A DNA stretch of 63,269 bases, the filler included, from Candidatus Eiseniibacteriota bacterium (GTDB taxonomy: Bacteria; Orphanbacterota; Orphanbacteria; Orphanbacterales; Orphanbacteraceae), in assembly GCA_043809585.1 (NCBI GenBank). It is 5 parts of 5 records of this genome, joined end to end, with 100 filler letters (N's around TTAATTAATTAA, not from the genome) between each part and the next. Parts side by side here need not be neighbours in the genome. Positions count along the whole stretch, not along the records: positions 55,256 to 60,817 come from JBDROZ010000098.1; positions 60,918 to 63,269 come from JBDROZ010000116.1; 3 more parts are not named here. One strand, given 5' to 3'. This document shows positions 55,395 to 63,269 of this stretch, in pieces. Numbering within the stretch: the first letter of the stretch is position 1; each line of letters begins with the position of its first letter. The position numbers and the translations under genes are program-made. The notes below the pieces were generated by a model that saw only the letters and a list, made by a program, of their open reading frames with translations, was not told the DNA's origin and did not search any database.

Positions 55395-56161
55395 CCTGTG
55401 GCGAAGGCGAGGTACCGGGCGACCCACGCCTCTCCGTAGAGCAGGGCGAGGAAGCCGATGGGGGCGAGGAAGACGCCGAAGGGGATCGGCGCCGACCCCT
55501 TCCCTCCCCGGAAGAGAATGAGCCCCGTTCCGAAGAGCCCGCCCGCGAGGGACGAGAGGAAGAGTACGCCGAGCACCGGCTGCCATCCGAGATAAGCGCC
55601 CATCATGGCGGCGAGCTTCACGTCGCCCCCCCCCATCCCCTCCCGCTTCCGGATCCGGAAATAGAGCTCGGCGATCAGCCAGAGACTCCCCCCGCCGACG
55701 GCCATTCCGATCAGCGCGTCGGGCCAGTCTCCGCCGATCCACCCGCGCCAGAGGAGACCGAGGGGGATGCCGGGGAGGCTGAGCGCGTCCGGGATGATCT
55801 GCAGGTCGTAGTCGGTCAGGGTGATCGCGAGGAGCGCCGCCCCGTAGTAGAGGGGGAAGACGATGGTCCAGTCGTGGGGGAACCGGCTCCAGAGGAAGAG
55901 GAAGAGGAGTCCCGTGAGCAGCTCGACGGCCGGGTACCGGATCGAGATCCGGGCGCCGCAGTCGCGGCACTTGCCGCGCAGGAAAACCCAGGAGAGGACC
56001 GGGATGTTGTCCCGCCATCGGATGGCGTGCTTGCAGGCCGGGCAGGCGGACTCGGGGGAGACCACCGACCGGTTTCGCGGGAGCCGCCAGACACAGACGT
56101 TCAGAAAACTGCCCGCCGCGAGGCCGACGAGAAAGATGTAGGGGGTCCAGAACGAATCCAT
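55391..56161 (-). CDS. pilD: Type IV prepilin peptidase
   Basis: GSFLNVC..RLP, SACPAC, DNIPVLSW..LRGKCRDC..ISIRYP, TD, GMGGGDVKL, IPFG. Confidence 0.95.
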   Translation of the reverse strand: MDSFWTPYIFLVGLAAGSFLNVCVWRLPRNRSVVSPESACPACKHAIRWRDNIPVLSWVFLRGKCRDCGARISIRYPAVELLTGLLFLFLWSRFPHDWTIVFPLYYGAALLAITLTDYDLQIIPDALSLPGIPLGLLWRGWIGGDWPDALIGMAVGGGSLWLIAELYFRIRKREGMGGGDVKLAAMMGAYLGWQPVLGVLFLSSLAGGLFGTGLILFRGGKGSAPIPFGVFLAPIGFLALLYGEAWVARYLAFATG

Positions 56162-56162
56162 G

Positions 56163-56753
56163 TCAAGAGAGAGGGGGCGGGCCTTTCCCCCCCGCGATCT
56201 TCCCGCTCCGGCGGGCGTAGCCGGCGATGCCGCGGAAGTCCTCGACAAGCTCCGGTTCGAGCCTGCGATTGTAGAGGATCGCCGCGGGGTGATAGATGGG
56301 GATCACGAATCGCCCCCGATAGGCGAACCGCCGACCGTGGGCCGCGCCGATGGTCGTCTTCTCCGGCGCGAACAGGCTGAGCGCGAAATTCCCCATGGGG
56401 ACGAGGACCGCCGGGTCGATGATCTCGATCTGCCCGTCCAGCCAGGACCGGCAGTGCTCGATCTCCTCCGGGCGGGGGTTCCGGTTCCCCGGCGGGCGGC
56501 ATTTCAGCACATTGGCGATGTAGATCTCCTCCCGCGCGAGACCGGCGGCGGCGAGAGTCTTGTCGAGGAGCTTTCCCGCCTGCCCGACGAAGGGGACGCC
56601 CGTCTCGTCCTCCCGTTTGCCCGGCGCCTCGCCGATCAGCATGACGCCGGCGCTCCCGTCTCCCGACCCGAAGACCACCGAGCGGCGGCTCCCGGCGAGA
56701 GCGCACTTTCCGCACGCCTTGACGGTCCTTTCCAGTCCGGCGAGCCGCGTCAA
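56163..56753 (-). CDS. Family 4 uracil-DNA glycosylase (start uncertain)
   Basis: CGKC.L, VFGSG, IGEAPG..E..G.PFVG, NVLKCRPP.NR.P, YHPAA; TTG 56753 has RBS GGAGGGAG. Confidence 0.92.
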   Translation of the reverse strand: MTRLAGLERTVKACGKCALAGSRRSVVFGSGDGSAGVMLIGEAPGKREDETGVPFVGQAGKLLDKTLAAAGLAREEIYIANVLKCRPPGNRNPRPEEIEHCRSWLDGQIEIIDPAVLVPMGNFALSLFAPEKTTIGAAHGRRFAYRGRFVIPIYHPAAILYNRRLEPELVEDFRGIAGYARRSGKIAGGKGPPPLS

Positions 56754-56892
56754 CTCGTTCTCCCTCCGGGGGCGGCTTCCGCGGTGAGCATAGGGAGGGC
56801 CCCCTCCGCCGTCCAGGGAAAATCCCGGTAAGAAAAAACGGCGACGGAATCGAAACTCCGTCACCGCGGGCGGGGTGATCGGGACGGACGGA

Positions 56893-57225
56893 TCAACCGA
56901 TCACTTTGTCCAGTCTCTCCACGATGTCCCGTTTCGGAACGGCGCCGATCAGGGTGTCCGCCACCTCGCCGTCCTTGAAGAAGAGCAGCGTCGGAATGCT
57001 CCGGATCCCGAACCGACCGGCCACTTCCGCGTTGCTGTCCACGTTCACCTTGGCGATCTTCACCTTGCCCGCGTACTCCTCCGCCACTTCCTCCAAGACA
57101 GGACCGATCTTCTTGCACGGGCCGCACCACTCGGCCCAGAAATCGACGATCACCGGAGTCGAGGCGGAGACCACTTTCTCCTGAAACTCGCTGTCCGACA
57201 CTTCCATGACGTGTTCCGAAGCCAT
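56893..57225 (-). CDS. trxA: Thioredoxin
   Basis: DFWAEWCGPC, IRSIPTL. Confidence 0.96.
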   Translation of the reverse strand: MASEHVMEVSDSEFQEKVVSASTPVIVDFWAEWCGPCKKIGPVLEEVAEEYAGKVKIAKVNVDSNAEVAGRFGIRSIPTLLFFKDGEVADTLIGAVPKRDIVERLDKVIG

Positions 57226-57293
57226 CCTGCCCTTGCTCCTTTCGTCGCGTGGATCGGTAATCCATGGGAAATCGTCTTCTCGCTCTAAGGAAT

Positions 57294-58271
57294 CTATGCC
57301 TTCCGGCCCTCCCTGTCAACGGGCCCGGCACCCGCCCGGAACCGGGTCCAGCGGGCGTCGAGGCGGGGGGTCGCCCAGATCACCCACGGGAGCAGGGCGG
57401 CCCCGGCGATCAGATCGACCACGTAATGGTGGCGCAGGTAAACGGTGGACGCGAGAAGACCGGCCACGAAAAAGAGAAGGACCGGAAAGAACCGGCGGCA
57501 ATGGCGCCAGGCGTAATGGAGACTGACCACGCTGACCCCCGTGTGGAGACTGGGGAAGGCCGCCCTCGACGCGTTTTGGGGCATCATCTCGATCAGCGAG
57601 TTTTGGAAGTTCGTGATGACCCCCCCCTTGAGGTCGACCGTGAACATCCCGAGGGATTCGAGGTAGAGCCGGGGGGGAGCGGCGGGGAAAATCACGTAAA
57701 GGACGTAGCCCGTGTAGAAACAGACGATGACGCCGAGGAGCGTCTCCCGTGCCGCGGCGCGGCGTCCCGTGAACCAGAGGAGGATCGCCACCGAGGGGGC
57801 GACGAGAAAGAAGTTCGCGTAGAAGAAGCTGAAGAAGTCGGTGCGGGCAGGCGTGATGAACCGCTCCGCCCAGACCACCGGCTGGAGACCGAACATCCAT
57901 CCCTCGACCTTGACGAGCGCTCCGTGGATGTCATGGGGATTGATGAAGCGGACCGTGTCGTGGAGGTTCGTGTAGACCGCCGAGCAGAGAACGAAGGGGA
58001 GAATGGCCCGGAAGAACTCGACGGCCCCGGCCAGGATCCGATGACGCGGGCCCCGGCGTCGGTACCGCTCGAGGAGGACGAGCCCTCCGGCGACCAGGAC
58101 GACCGCGAGGAGTCGAAGGAGGCCCCCTTCGATCTTCCGGGAGGAGACGCCATGGCGGGCCAGGGACCAGTTCGCGTAGATCGTCACGGCCGTGGAGGGG
58201 ATGAAGAAGAGGAGGAAGAGAAATTCCTCGAGCCGGAACCTCCGGAGCCGGCGGACCGCCCATCTTCTCAT
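57294..58271 (-). CDS. PAP2-family membrane protein, Aur1/IPC-synthase-like
   Basis: FPAAPPR, AAFPSLH, STVYLRHHYVVD. Confidence 0.88.
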   Translation of the reverse strand: MRRWAVRRLRRFRLEEFLFLLFFIPSTAVTIYANWSLARHGVSSRKIEGGLLRLLAVVLVAGGLVLLERYRRRGPRHRILAGAVEFFRAILPFVLCSAVYTNLHDTVRFINPHDIHGALVKVEGWMFGLQPVVWAERFITPARTDFFSFFYANFFLVAPSVAILLWFTGRRAAARETLLGVIVCFYTGYVLYVIFPAAPPRLYLESLGMFTVDLKGGVITNFQNSLIEMMPQNASRAAFPSLHTGVSVVSLHYAWRHCRRFFPVLLFFVAGLLASTVYLRHHYVVDLIAGAALLPWVIWATPRLDARWTRFRAGAGPVDREGRKA

Positions 58272-59917
58272 CGCCCATCATCCTCCGGCGCCTTCTCTCC
58301 TCCTTCCGGCGCCCCGCCCCGCCCCGGTACGGCCCCCGGACGGGGGCGGACCAGGAAGATCCGGTACCGTCCCATCCGCCCGATCGAGTCGGCCCGGGCG
58401 GCGGTCCCGGCGGGGAGGCGGTCCAGGCGGTCCTCCCTTACGAGGAGAGGGACTCCGCCGGCGCATGCCCCGTCGATCCCGTTTCCGTTCCCCTTCAGGT
58501 CCGTCACCCGGCCCCGGAAGTAGAACTCCGCCGACGGGGGGACGCCCTCGAAGAACACCGCGCCCTCTCTCCCCGAAACGGCCGTCGCCGCCCGGGCGAG
58601 GGCCCGGGTCGAGTTCCTCTCGGCGAGAGGACGGGGCGTGTCGACCGCCACGGCGAGCACCGCGACGGGGAAGACGAGGACCGCCGCCACGAATCGGAAC
58701 GTCCTCCCCCCCCGGGCCGCGGCGACGGCGGCCAGGGCGAGGAGCAGGGCCGGCAGGGCGACGAGGCGCGCCGTCTCCTCCGTCCCGAGTCCGAATTCCC
58801 GGCGGGCGATGAAGACCCCGGCGACGAGAAGGGCCGCCGCGAAAGGGGGGGACCACCGGGGAGTCCTCTCCCCTCCCTCCGGTCCGGCGTACTCCCGGGC
58901 GAGCAGAACCGTGAGCGGGGGAAGGGCCGGATACACGTAGGGCAACGAGAGAGAGCGGGAGAAGGTGAAGAAGAGGAGCGGCGAAAGGGCCCAGAGCCAG
59001 AGGAACCGGCCCCCCTCCCCCCCTTCCGGATCGACCCGGCGCCGCCACGAACGGCGGGCGAGCCCGAGAAGCGCGGGCGTCCACGGGAGGAAGGCGGCGA
59101 ACCCGAGAAGCCAGACCATGCCGTAGGGGGAGACGTGGCCGTGGCCGTACAGGTCGCCGTACTCCTTTCGCAGAAAACGAAGCAGGTGCTCGTGAAAGAA
59201 GAAGTAGTCCAGGAAGCCGGGCGTCTTCCGTTCGGCCAGGACGAACCAGGGGGCGGCGACGGCGACGAAGACGAGCGCCCCCGGAAACCAGGGAAGGCCC
59301 CGGACCCGGCGGACGCTCTTGGTGAGCGCCCCTTCGAGAACCACCGGCGCGCCGATCAGAACGAGCGCCACGGGACCTTTCGCGAGAAGTCCGAGGGCGG
59401 CGAAGAGGAAGAACCCGTACCCCCACCACGCCGAGGGTCGCCGGCCGCCGGGCGCGACGTAGAGCGAGACGAGGGCGCCGGTGACGGCGAAGGTGAACGT
59501 GGCGTCCAGAAGGACCGCCCCCGCGAGGAGAACGAAGAGGGCGGACGATCCGAGGAGGGCGGCGGCGAGAAGGGCGGCATCCCTCCCCCCCGCGGCGCCG
59601 CCCGCCCGCGCGGTGAGGAGAAGAAGGCCCAGGGAGGCGAGATAGCCGGGCAGCCGGGCGGCCCACTCGTTCGCTCCGAAGAGACGGATCGACGCGGCGG
59701 TCATCCAGAAATGAAGGGGGGGCTTTCCCCAGAACGGCTCGCCGCCGTGAAGGGTCGGCGTGATCCAATCGCCGCCCGCCGCCATCTCCCGGCCGATCTC
59801 GCCGTACCGGCCTTCGGTCTGGTCGAAGAGAGGGGCCGCGCCGAGCGTGACGAGCCGGAGGAGGAGCAGCCCGAGGACGAGGCCGAGAAGAGCGCCCGAC
59901 CGGAACCCGCCGCTCAC
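58268..59917 (-). CDS. ArnT/GT83-family (GT-C) glycosyltransferase
   Basis: DQTEGRYGEIGREM..GDWITP, KPPL, NEWAARLP, LAKGPVA, PWF, EHLLRF; GTGA overlap with recD2. Confidence 0.9.
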   Translation of the reverse strand: MSGGFRSGALLGLVLGLLLLRLVTLGAAPLFDQTEGRYGEIGREMAAGGDWITPTLHGGEPFWGKPPLHFWMTAASIRLFGANEWAARLPGYLASLGLLLLTARAGGAAGGRDAALLAAALLGSSALFVLLAGAVLLDATFTFAVTGALVSLYVAPGGRRPSAWWGYGFFLFAALGLLAKGPVALVLIGAPVVLEGALTKSVRRVRGLPWFPGALVFVAVAAPWFVLAERKTPGFLDYFFFHEHLLRFLRKEYGDLYGHGHVSPYGMVWLLGFAAFLPWTPALLGLARRSWRRRVDPEGGEGGRFLWLWALSPLLFFTFSRSLSLPYVYPALPPLTVLLAREYAGPEGGERTPRWSPPFAAALLVAGVFIARREFGLGTEETARLVALPALLLALAAVAAARGGRTFRFVAAVLVFPVAVLAVAVDTPRPLAERNSTRALARAATAVSGREGAVFFEGVPPSAEFYFRGRVTDLKGNGNGIDGACAGGVPLLVREDRLDRLPAGTAARADSIGRMGRYRIFLVRPRPGAVPGRGGAPEGGEKAPEDDGR

Positions 59918-60817
59918 GGAGCCTCCGGAACGAAGCGCCGGAGACGCTCGGCGAGGAAAGAGTAGCGCTGGCGGATCCGGTTGTTCCGGACCGCCGCGCC
60001 GACGGTCCGATTGGATCCGAGGAGCACGACCAGTTCCCGACCCCGGGTGATCGCCGTGTAGAGGAGGTTGCGCTGGAGCATCGGGTAGTGTTCGCCGAGG
60101 AGGGGTACGATGACGCCCCGGTACTCGCTCCCCTGGGACTTGTGCACCGACACGGCGTAGGCGAGGGTCACCTCGTCGAGTTGGCTGAAACCGTAGAGGA
60201 CGCGGCGGGGCCCGTAGATCACCTCGACCCGGTCCTCCTCCGGGTCGAGGTCGGTGATTCGCCCGACGTCCCCGTTGAAGACGTCGAGTTCGTAGTTGTT
60301 CCGGAGCTGGATCACCTTGTCCCCCCGGCGGAGCACCTTCCCCTCCCGCCGCACTTCGGTCCCCCGGGGGTTGAGGAGCGCCTGCAGCTCCCGGTTCAGG
60401 TTCGCGACGCCGGCGAGCCCCTTGTGCATGGGCGCCATCACCTGCACGTCCCGGAGAGGATCCATGCCGTACCGCTCCCGGACCTCGCCGGTGAGGAAGC
60501 CCTTGATCCAGTCGAGGGCCTGCTCCCCCCCCTCGACCTCGATGAACCGGAAGTCGGCCGCGTCCTCCCCCTCGAGGGGCATCTGCCCTCGGTTGACCCG
60601 GTGGGCGTTCACGACGATGCGGCTCTCTCTCGCCTGCCGGTAGATCTGGGTGAGACGGACCGTGCGCACCCGCTCCGATTCGATCAGGTCCCGGAGGACG
60701 TTGCCCGGCCCCACCGAGGGGAGCTGGTCCACGTCGCCGACGAGCACGAGGCGGCATCCCGGCGGGAGCGCCTCGAGGAGGCTCGCCATGAGGAGGATGT
60801 CCACCATGGAGACCTCG
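59914..60817 (-). CDS. recD2: RecD2-like SF1B helicase, 3' part (5' truncated by gap)
   Basis: SMVD, LVGDVDQLPSVGPG, LTQIYRQ, GDKVIQLRNNY, FNGDVG, AYAVSVHKSQGSEY, RNLLYTAITRG. Confidence 0.94.
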
Positions 60818-60917
60818 NNNNNNNNNNNNNNNNNNNNNNNNNNNNNNNNNNNNNNNNNNNNTTAATTAATTAANNNNNNNNNNNNNNNNNNNNNNNNNNN
60901 NNNNNNNNNNNNNNNNN
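60818..60917. other. Artificial contig spacer
   Basis: N44-TTAATTAATTAA-N44. Confidence 0.99.
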
Positions 60918-60918
60918 G

Positions 60919-63183
60919 TGCCTCGCCCAGACATGGTCCGAACACTGCAAGCACAAGATCTTCAACGCCCGGATCACCTATAACGACGGCGAGGGAGCTA
61001 TCCGGGAGATCGACTCCCTTTTCGACACCTGCATCAAGCAATCGACCCGCGAGATCCGGAAAAAGATGGGGGCGGACGACTGGTGTCTCTCCGTCTTTTC
61101 CGACAACGCGGGGATCATCCGCTTCAACGACGATTGGAACCTCGTTTTCAAGGTGGAGACCCACAACTCCCCCTCGGCGCTCGACCCTTACGGCGGTGCG
61201 CTGACCGGCATCGTCGGCGTGAACCGCGACCCGTTCGGCTGCGGCCGGGGGGCGAAACTCATCTTCAACACGGACGTCTTCTGTTTCGCGCCGCCCGACT
61301 ACGCAAAGCCGCTGCCGAAACGAATCCTCCACCCGCGGCGGATCTACGAAGGGGTGAGGGAGGGGGTGGAACACGGCGGCAACAAAAGCGGCATCCCGAC
61401 CGTGAACGGCTGCCTCGTATTTGACGAGCGCTTTCTCGGGAAACCCCTTGTCTACTGCGGGACGGGAGGGATCATGCCCGCCCGGATCAAAGGCGCTCCG
61501 ACCCATACGAAGGAGATCCTTTTCGGCGACCTGATCGTGATGACCGGAGGACGGATCGGGAAGGACGGGATTCACGGGGCTACCTTCTCCTCCGAGGAGC
61601 TCCACGAAGGCTCCCCCGTCACGGCGGTCCAGATCGGCGACCCGATAACGCAGAAAAAGATGACCGATTTCCTGCTCACCGCCCGGGATCTCGGCCTCTA
61701 CCGGGCGATCACGGACAACGGGGCGGGCGGCCTCTCATCCTCCGTGGGCGAAACGGCGACACTCTCCGGCGGGTGCGAACTCGACCTGAAGGCGGCCCCG
61801 CTGAAGTACCCGGGGCTGAACCCCTGGGAGATTCTCATCTCCGAGTCCCAGGAGAGGATGACCCTCGCCGTGGCGCCGGAAACCATCGACGCGTTCCTCG
61901 CCCTTGCCCGGAAGATGGACGTTGAGGCAACGGTGTTAGGCCGCTATACGGATTCGGGCTGGTTCCACATCCGCTACGGAGAGGAGACGGTCGCCTATCT
62001 GGAGATGGCCTTCCTCCATGACGGCCTCCCGCAGATGAACCTGAGGGCCGCCTGGACGCCTCCGCGCCACACCGAACCCGATTTCCCCGAACCTGCCGAT
62101 CTGGGAGGCGCCCTGAAGGAGATGCTCTCCCGGCTCAACATCTGCAGCAAGGAGTCGGTCGTCCGCCAGTACGACCACGAGGTGCAGGGGGGAAGCGTCG
62201 TCAAGCCGATGACCGGCGTCGTCAATGACGGCCCGAGCGACGCCGCGGTGATTCGTCCGCTCCTCGACTCCTTCGAGGGGATCGTCGTCGCGAACGGGAT
62301 CTGCCCCCGCTACAGCGACATCGACGCCTACCACATGGCAGCGGCAGCGATCGACGAGGCGGTCCGGAACGCGGTTGCCGTCGGGGCCTCCCTCGACCAC
62401 ATGGCCGGACTCGACAACTTCTGCTGGTGCGATCCGGTCCGCTCGGAAAAGACCCCCGACGGGGAGTACAAGCTCGCCCAGCTCGTCCGGGCAAACGAAG
62501 CGCTCTATGCCGTCACGACCGCCTACGGCGTCCCCTGCATCTCGGGGAAGGACAGCATGAAGAACGACTACCAGATCGGGGAGACCCGGATCTCGATCCC
62601 CCCGACGCTGCTCTTCTCGACGCTGGCGAAGATGGAGGATGTCCGGAAGGCCGTCACGATGGACGTGAAGAAGCCTCGGGACCTCGTCTACGTCCTGGGG
62701 AGGACATATCGGGAACTCGGCGGCTCGGAGTGGTACGCGCTTCACGGCGCGATCGGAAACGGCGTACCGCAGGTGCACGCGGAAACGGCGAAGATGTTGT
62801 ACCAGGCTCTCAACAGAGCGATCCAGACGGGCCTTGTCGCCTCCTGCCACGACTGCTCCGACGGGGGGCTGGGGGTGGCGCTTGCGGAAACGGCCTTCGC
62901 CGGGGGCCTCGGCCTCGCGGTAGATCTCAGGGCCGTCCCGGCGGAAGGGGTTGGGAGAGACGACGATCTCCTGTTCTCGGAGTCGCAGAGCCGCTTCGTC
63001 GTGACCGTTCGCCCGGACGCACGTGAGGCCTTCGAAGCCACTCTCGCGGGCTCTGCCTTTGCCCGGATCGGGCAGGTTATCGCGGATGAGGTTTTACGAA
63101 TCGAAGGTCTCGGCGGGAAACGGATCATCACGGAGGAGCTCTCCGCGCTGAAGGAGGCCTGGCAAAAAACCCTCATGTTCTAA
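60919..63183 (+). CDS. purL: Phosphoribosylformylglycinamidine synthase subunit PurL (5' truncated)
   Basis: Frame open from the gap: AQTWSEHCKHK, DNAG, KVETHNSPS, DNGAGG, SESQERM, QYDHEV, ISGKDS, HDCSDGG, LFSESQSR. Confidence 0.96.
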   Translation, partial: CLAQTWSEHCKHKIFNARITYNDGEGAIREIDSLFDTCIKQSTREIRKKMGADDWCLSVFSDNAGIIRFNDDWNLVFKVETHNSPSALDPYGGALTGIVGVNRDPFGCGRGAKLIFNTDVFCFAPPDYAKPLPKRILHPRRIYEGVREGVEHGGNKSGIPTVNGCLVFDERFLGKPLVYCGTGGIMPARIKGAPTHTKEILFGDLIVMTGGRIGKDGIHGATFSSEELHEGSPVTAVQIGDPITQKKMTDFLLTARDLGLYRAITDNGAGGLSSSVGETATLSGGCELDLKAAPLKYPGLNPWEILISESQERMTLAVAPETIDAFLALARKMDVEATVLGRYTDSGWFHIRYGEETVAYLEMAFLHDGLPQMNLRAAWTPPRHTEPDFPEPADLGGALKEMLSRLNICSKESVVRQYDHEVQGGSVVKPMTGVVNDGPSDAAVIRPLLDSFEGIVVANGICPRYSDIDAYHMAAAAIDEAVRNAVAVGASLDHMAGLDNFCWCDPVRSEKTPDGEYKLAQLVRANEALYAVTTAYGVPCISGKDSMKNDYQIGETRISIPPTLLFSTLAKMEDVRKAVTMDVKKPRDLVYVLGRTYRELGGSEWYALHGAIGNGVPQVHAETAKMLYQALNRAIQTGLVASCHDCSDGGLGVALAETAFAGGLGLAVDLRAVPAEGVGRDDDLLFSESQSRFVVTVRPDAREAFEATLAGSAFARIGQVIADEVLRIEGLGGKRIITEELSALKEAWQKTLMF

Positions 63184-63192
63184 GTTCTCTCC

Positions 63193-63258
63193 CGTCATTC
63201 CGTGCTTGACACGGAATCCAGTTTCCTTTCCTGGATTCCCGCTTTCGCGGGAATGACG
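63193..63258. repeat. Palindromic repeat of the GTCATTCC..GGAATGAC / dRS3-like type
   Basis: CGTCATTCCGTG-CTTGA-CACGGAATCCAG..CTGGATTCCC-GCTTTCGC-GGGAATGACG; contains ATTCCC-N8-GGGAAT. Confidence 0.8.
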
Positions 63259-63269
63259 TGAGCGAGGCA

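Overview
High-GC bacterial metagenome-assembled sequence made of five contigs joined by artificial N44-TTAATTAATTAA-N44 spacers (28741-28840, 38143-38242, 55156-55255, 60818-60917). FlgD/T9SS-like C-terminal tails and a 'SWGEIKALFR' C-terminus suggest an FCB-related candidate lineage such as Eisenbacteria/Krumholzibacteriota/Latescibacterota (inference). The last contig (purL) may come from another organism. Identifiable genes: M16 peptidase, monoheme cytochrome c-beta-barrel fusion, arsC-acr3, two POT-like MFS transporters, a coupled Ser/Thr kinase and FHA-GAF-PP2C pair, mscS, an N-formylglutamate amidohydrolase/QEGLA metallopeptidase/GshB-like ATP-grasp operon, a membrane spermidine-synthase-like TPR protein, an S1 paralog, an ArsR-HybA-NrfD-13-heme cytochrome module, AmrS radical SAM, PAS hybrid kinase plus receiver, a speD-DHS-agmatinase operon, a PLP enzyme/DUF1611/PP-loop-creatininase fusion/epimerase operon, and recD2-arnT-PAP2-trxA-udg-pilD. 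Strongest leads: (1) the uncharacterised four-gene epimerase/amidase operon, (2) the cytochrome-porin fusion, (3) several miniature inverted-repeat families with different ends that share one covarying hairpin core and often abut stop codons, (4) a possible homospermidine pathway using a SpeD homolog as arginine decarboxylase. No rRNA, tRNA or CRISPR array was found.
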